Shown here: positions 50,044 to 54,617 of the stretch, piece after piece | Layout of the letters: the number at the start of each line of letters is the position of its first letter | How positions within the stretch are numbered: position 1 is the stretch's first letter | Assembly: GCF_001194135.2 (NCBI RefSeq) | Contig: NC_068985.1 | Span: 74,722,948-74,777,564, forward strand | DNA from: Octopus bimaculoides | Taxonomy: Eukaryota | Direction: 5' to 3' | DNA: 54,617 nt | Translations under genes and position numbers: made by a program | The notes under the pieces: model-generated | The model's input: only the letters and a program-made list of their open reading frames with translations | Databases searched by the model: none | Told to the model about the DNA's origin: nothing

Positions 50044-50314
50044 TGTTGTGGCGTGGTTAACGACATCCACTGTGGGAATACACTTGACCGAACTAAATAT
50101 CAGCTGTCTGAGACGTAGTTAGTAGGCGTTAATCACAGGAAGTCTTAAGATGTCGTTTTGGTAGTTTATCGGAATAGCGTTTGTTGGTTTGTGTACAGTT
50201 CGTGGAGATTTTTTTGAATTGTAACATTATTGTTACCCTGCTTCACCATGTATTTATTGTTAATACATGGTTTTAGTGTAAACAAGTATTGTTATAAATA
50301 ATGTTCATACTACA
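50044..50314 (+). mobile_element. 5' LTR of a Gypsy-type element (271 bp, TG...CA)
   Basis: TGTTGT...ACTACA termini immediately followed by a PBS and gag. Confidence 0.75.
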
Positions 50315-50319
50315 ATAAT

Positions 50320-50360
50320 TGGTGACGAGTAACTACATTTCAAAAATTGGTGACGAGGAT
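50320..50360 (+). promoter_or_regulatory. Duplicated primer-binding site (TGGTGACGAG x2; second copy TGGTGACGAGGAT)
   Basis: Directly 3' of the LTR; the second copy matches 12 of 13 nt of the complement of the eukaryotic tRNA-Ser(GCU) 3' end as recalled (TGGCGACGAGGAT). Confidence 0.7.
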
Positions 50361-50410
50361 TCGAAGTTCACGCAGGTCAGTTAACTAATGTTTGTGATAT
50401 AAGGTCGTTA

Positions 50411-52645
50411 ATGATGGAAGACCTAGTGGCTTCTATAATACAGTTTCCAAAGCAGCAGAAAGGACAGCAACAGGAGTTTCAGAGACAACTACTTCTGCAA
50501 GAAGATAAACAAAACAGTTAATGGAACTATGTCTTAAGAAGTTCCGAAACACTATAAGTTCGTTTTCGCTAGACGGCATATCGATATCGATAACATAATT
50601 TAGTTATGACCCAGAGAAGAGTATAACGTTTGCAGTGTAAGTTAGAAAATACCAAGTAATCTTCAGGGAAGATTGCAAGTCATGGAAGGACAACGAAAAA
50701 GTAAGATTATTATTACTTAAATTAGCACCGGCTGAACATGAAAAATATTGTAATTTTGTACTACACCCAAAAAACTAGAGAAATTTGTTTCCCGGAAACA
50801 GGCGAACTACTTTCAAAAATATTCGGTGATAAAATTTCTCAATTTAAACTCGATGGAAGTGTTGGAATCTATTTAAAATGAAGATGAACACATTGTCACA
50901 TATGCTGGGACTGTAAACCGGATGTGCTAACGGTTCAAACTGAAGGAACTAACTCCTGATATGTTTAAGTGTATCATTTTTGTACAAGGGCTTACGGCAA
51001 ACAAAGATGCGGAGATAGGTGCAAGAATTCTCACAAAACTTGAACAAGCGGACCAAAGTTTTACCCTGTAGACAGATGCAGAGGAGTGTAAAAGAATGGT
51101 AAACGTATGTCAGGACGTAAAAAAAATTGAAGAGAAGACGTTCTCACAAGTACAAGCGTGTCGACCAGGAAGGTAAAAACAAAAGAATGTTCAGACCAAA
51201 CCCATGCTACGGATGTGGAGCCGTACATTTCAGGAAGGTTTGCTTATTCAAACGCAAAAATGTTACAATTACCAATGATTAGGATATAAAAGCTCACAGT
51301 GCAGAGCAATGTTAGGAAGGTCGAACATAAAATATTCTTATGTTTTCTAAACGGAAAGTACAAACGACACCAAAGAGGAAATTTTTACATGTAAACGTAA
51401 AGGAAGTAAATATTGAATTACAACACGATACTGGTAGCGGCATCTCGATTATTGATACCGACACGTGGAAAAATATTGGTAAACCTACGTTGAAGAAAAC
51501 GTCAACAATTGCACGAGGCATGACAGGTTAAAAACTACACTTCGTAGGCGAAATATGGAGTGATATCATATTTCGGGGAAAAACCTGTAGAGCAAAAGTT
51601 TTCGAGGTAAAAAAAACGAACCGATCTCTTCGGTACGGACTTGTTTGACATATAGGACCTGTAAAAAAATAAATGGTTGTCCTACCAGTGAAAATAACTC
51701 AGCAACTGAAATAAAGAAAAATATTAAAAACTTGTTTCCTAAAGTGCTGTCGGATAGATTAGGTCTCCATTCTAAGACTGAGGCCTGTATTCAAATGAAG
51801 GAAAACGCGGTACCTCTATTCAAACTTTATAGAAAGGTACCATTTACAGTGATAAAGCAGGTTAGTAAGAATTAGACAGACAAGAGAAGATGGGAATTAT
51901 TCATAAAGTAGATTATTCTAAGTGAACAGCACCAATTATGCGTCTTTAAAAAAATAACAAAATCAGAATGGTTGCCAAATTTTCTACTGCTTTGAATGAC
52001 TCTAAAAAATTGCCACCATCAACTGCCTACTTCGGAGGATATTTTTGTGAAATTAAAAGGTAGCAAAATAGTTTCGAAACTGGATCTGTCTGATGCATCT
52101 TTCCAAATTAAAATAGACGAGGAATGCTCGAATTTTCTAACAGTGAATACGTACAGAGGACTATACAAATATGATATATTGCCATTTGGTCTGAAGGCCG
52201 AACTTGCAATATTTCAACTGGTCATAGATGCGATGCCGGTGGAATTTCAAATTCCAGTTCCATACAGCGATGGTGTATTAATTAAAGTGAACCTCGCGAT
52301 CAGCATATTGAACATGTGAAGTGTGATTTTCAAGAAATAAGAGATTATGGTTTCACACTCAGTGAGATGAAATGTGAATCATTTTTGCGTATATTTAAAT
52401 ATTTAGACGAAATTATAGATAAACATGGAAGAAGACCTGATCTGTCGAGGGAAAGCGCAATTAAAAATAAGACTCCCCCACTAACATAGCGACATTAGAA
52501 GCTTTTCTTGGCCTAGCGAACTGTCATCAAAATTACATACAAACATCTATAATTTGTAAGCTCCACTTAATAATTTGCTAAATAAATACACCAAATTGAA
52601 TTGATTAAATAATTGTCAAAAGGCGTTTCAGGATATTAAAAAAAA
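50411..52645 (+). mobile_element. Gypsy (Mag/K02A2.6-like) gag-pro-RT-RNaseH remnant, 3'-truncated, no 3' LTR in the window
   Basis: gag FSYDPEK...KVRLLLLKL; knuckle PCYGCG; protease LQHDTGSGISII; RT SKLDLSDASFQI, LPFGLK, YSDGVL; many stops. Confidence 0.93.
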
Positions 52646-52689
52646 TTACAATCATTTAGGTGTAATTACGCCATCAAATATTTTATCAA

Positions 52690-53040
52690 CATTTATGGTA
52701 ATAGTTTATTGCTAACAATAGATATTACAAACTATTATTTCGATTAGTGGGTGAAAATCGAATATCCCTAAAATATATTTACAAAGAAATAAGCATCTGA
52801 GCAAAATAAATAAATTGACGGTAATATTGGGAAAGTGGGGGTTATCACCACTTCCCCATTACACTGTTCAATATCCTATCCCGTTCCCTGTTCAGTCCCC
52901 GTCTTTATGCCTGACTAGTCATTTATGGTAATATGTTATTGCTAAAATTAGGTTTTAGAAACTATTAATTCGATTAGTGGGTAAATAAGGAATGCCCCTA
53001 TATTATATTAACAAACGAATATGCATCTGAGTAAAATCAA
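52690..53040. repeat. Two diverged about 120-bp direct repeats (period 230 bp) flanking a GC-rich hairpin
   Basis: catttatggtaata..ttattgctaa...aactatta.ttcgattagtgggt...gcatctgag at 52690-52810 and 52920-53040. Confidence 0.8.
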
Positions 53041-54321
53041 TGAGATAAATCGATACACTTACAAATACATAGTCCGCGTATTGCAAAATCTCACAATGAG
53101 TGACAGCAAATTGGAAGACCATACAAAAGTAGAGATACAGACAGCTATAGGACCTCGCACAAACACTCACACACACACATACACACACCCACACACAAAG
53201 TTACAAATGTACACACAGGTAATCACCAGGTGAAAATGGTATAGTAGATATATGTATGCACACATATATGTATATATATGTATGTATATGTGTGTCTGTG
53301 TGTGTGTGTGTTTCTTTGCGAAAGATACCAGAAAATCCACCTACACCTCTCTACTTGAATCTACGTATTCATCACACCCGCCATTCTGTATGTGTATGTT
53401 TGGGTGTGTGAGTGTTGTAGCTATGTATTTAGGAAAGTATGTATGCAGCGTCACCTGTCAATACAGCGTTAGCTGTATTAACTTTAATATCTCATTGACA
53501 TCATTGTTTTCACTGATATAAGTGCCACCTCACGTTGATACTACGTTTCCCTCCGACTCATACTCTTTGCAACCTTCTCATTTTAACATACAATTCACCC
53601 AACATCCCTCGGGCGCACATGGAAGATTTCTATTGCAATCCAAATAAATTATTAAGGAACTGGATGACAGTGTAACAAGTATGCAAAGTTTTGTGAATGT
53701 TAGTCATATGGTTTAGGCATTTAGACAGTGACAGACAGACTGGCAGATAGAAATGGATATTTATATATTATATAAATATATACATATATATATATNNNNN
53801 NNNNNGTGTGTGTGTATGTATGTATATTAGAAATGGAAAACAAAACAATAAATTGGACATTTAAATAATTCAATCATTAAATGATATATTCCATTCACTT
53901 TCATTATTTTATACAAATAAATTACATCTCATAAAGTACAGCAGCTTCAACACTAGTAGTAAACATAAGTTTTTCAAGAATAATAAAATATCGTGTAAAT
54001 ATAATGAGGTTTCATCAGATACATATATCTTCTTCAATATCTCACGAAACATGGCAGTTGAACATTTTTATAACTGCTAATGCTTTTCAAACAACGCTAT
54101 TTGACAGCGAATTTAATCATAAATAAATAATCTAAATGAAATTTTGCAAATACCAAAATTTAAATCTATTAATATCTACTCCTACTACCGTATTTTTTGC
54201 ATAATACACACATTCATATAGACATATTTATGTATACACACGTCCACCTATCCATTTATGTATATACACATAAACATACACGTACGTATACATACATGCA
54301 CATTCACATACACAAGTTTAC

Positions 54322-54417
<96 letters not shown>

Positions 54418-54617
54418 CGTGTGTGTGTGTGTATGCATAGATATATTTACAATATGCATAAATATACAATTTCATACACACGTGCATATATATATTTATG
54501 GTAAAGATATGTTTGTGTATGTATGCAAGATTGTGTGTATGTGTATGCGTGTGTGTTTATGTGCATACGTGTGTGTTTATGTGCATATGTATATATGTCT
54601 ATATAAGTATATATATA

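Noticed and set aside
1-54617. CRISPR arrays, rRNA or genuine tRNA genes, operons
   Set aside because: None seen; the tRNA-like boxes all belong to SINE heads that lack a complete cloverleaf, and the sequence is eukaryotic

Overview
AT-rich eukaryotic genomic scaffold with nine N-gaps (7595-8011, 11107-11317, 14447-14923, 27722-27813, 30903-30912, 33027-33305, 37404-37689, 48842-49410, 53796-53805), nearly all bordered by (TA)n/(CA)n/(GA)n microsatellites. The repeat landscape (tRNA-derived SINE families, R4/Dong, RTE, Penelope, mariner, Helitron) looks like a cephalopod such as Octopus; this is inference from recalled repeat families, not a database result. No intact protein-coding gene, rRNA, tRNA gene or CRISPR array can be supported. 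Almost all ORFs in the supplied track are microsatellite, N-run or antisense shadows, or pieces of decayed transposable elements. The window is a dense graveyard of decayed elements: three tandem R4/Dong-type retrotransposons in a TAA microsatellite, an RTE LINE end, Tc1, two mariners, a maT-like element, a Chapaev-like transposase, a Helitron, a Gypsy LTR element, several Penelope-like fragments, six SINEs and a palindromic MITE cluster. The most interesting observations are (i) a 1.9-kb TSD-flanked retroelement that seems to encode only a gag-like ORF1 (HAL1-like) and splits one arm of a diverged inverted repeat, (ii) an RTE ORF ending in three tandem C2H2 fingers, (iii) several hammerhead-ribozyme-like motifs tied to Penelope-like ends, and (iv) a 69-bp coding minisatellite in the Helitron with an open antisense frame. 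A few short + strand segments have good splice signals and could belong to a long-intron host gene, but this is unproven. All coordinates and translations were read by hand; element boundaries without TSDs are approximate.
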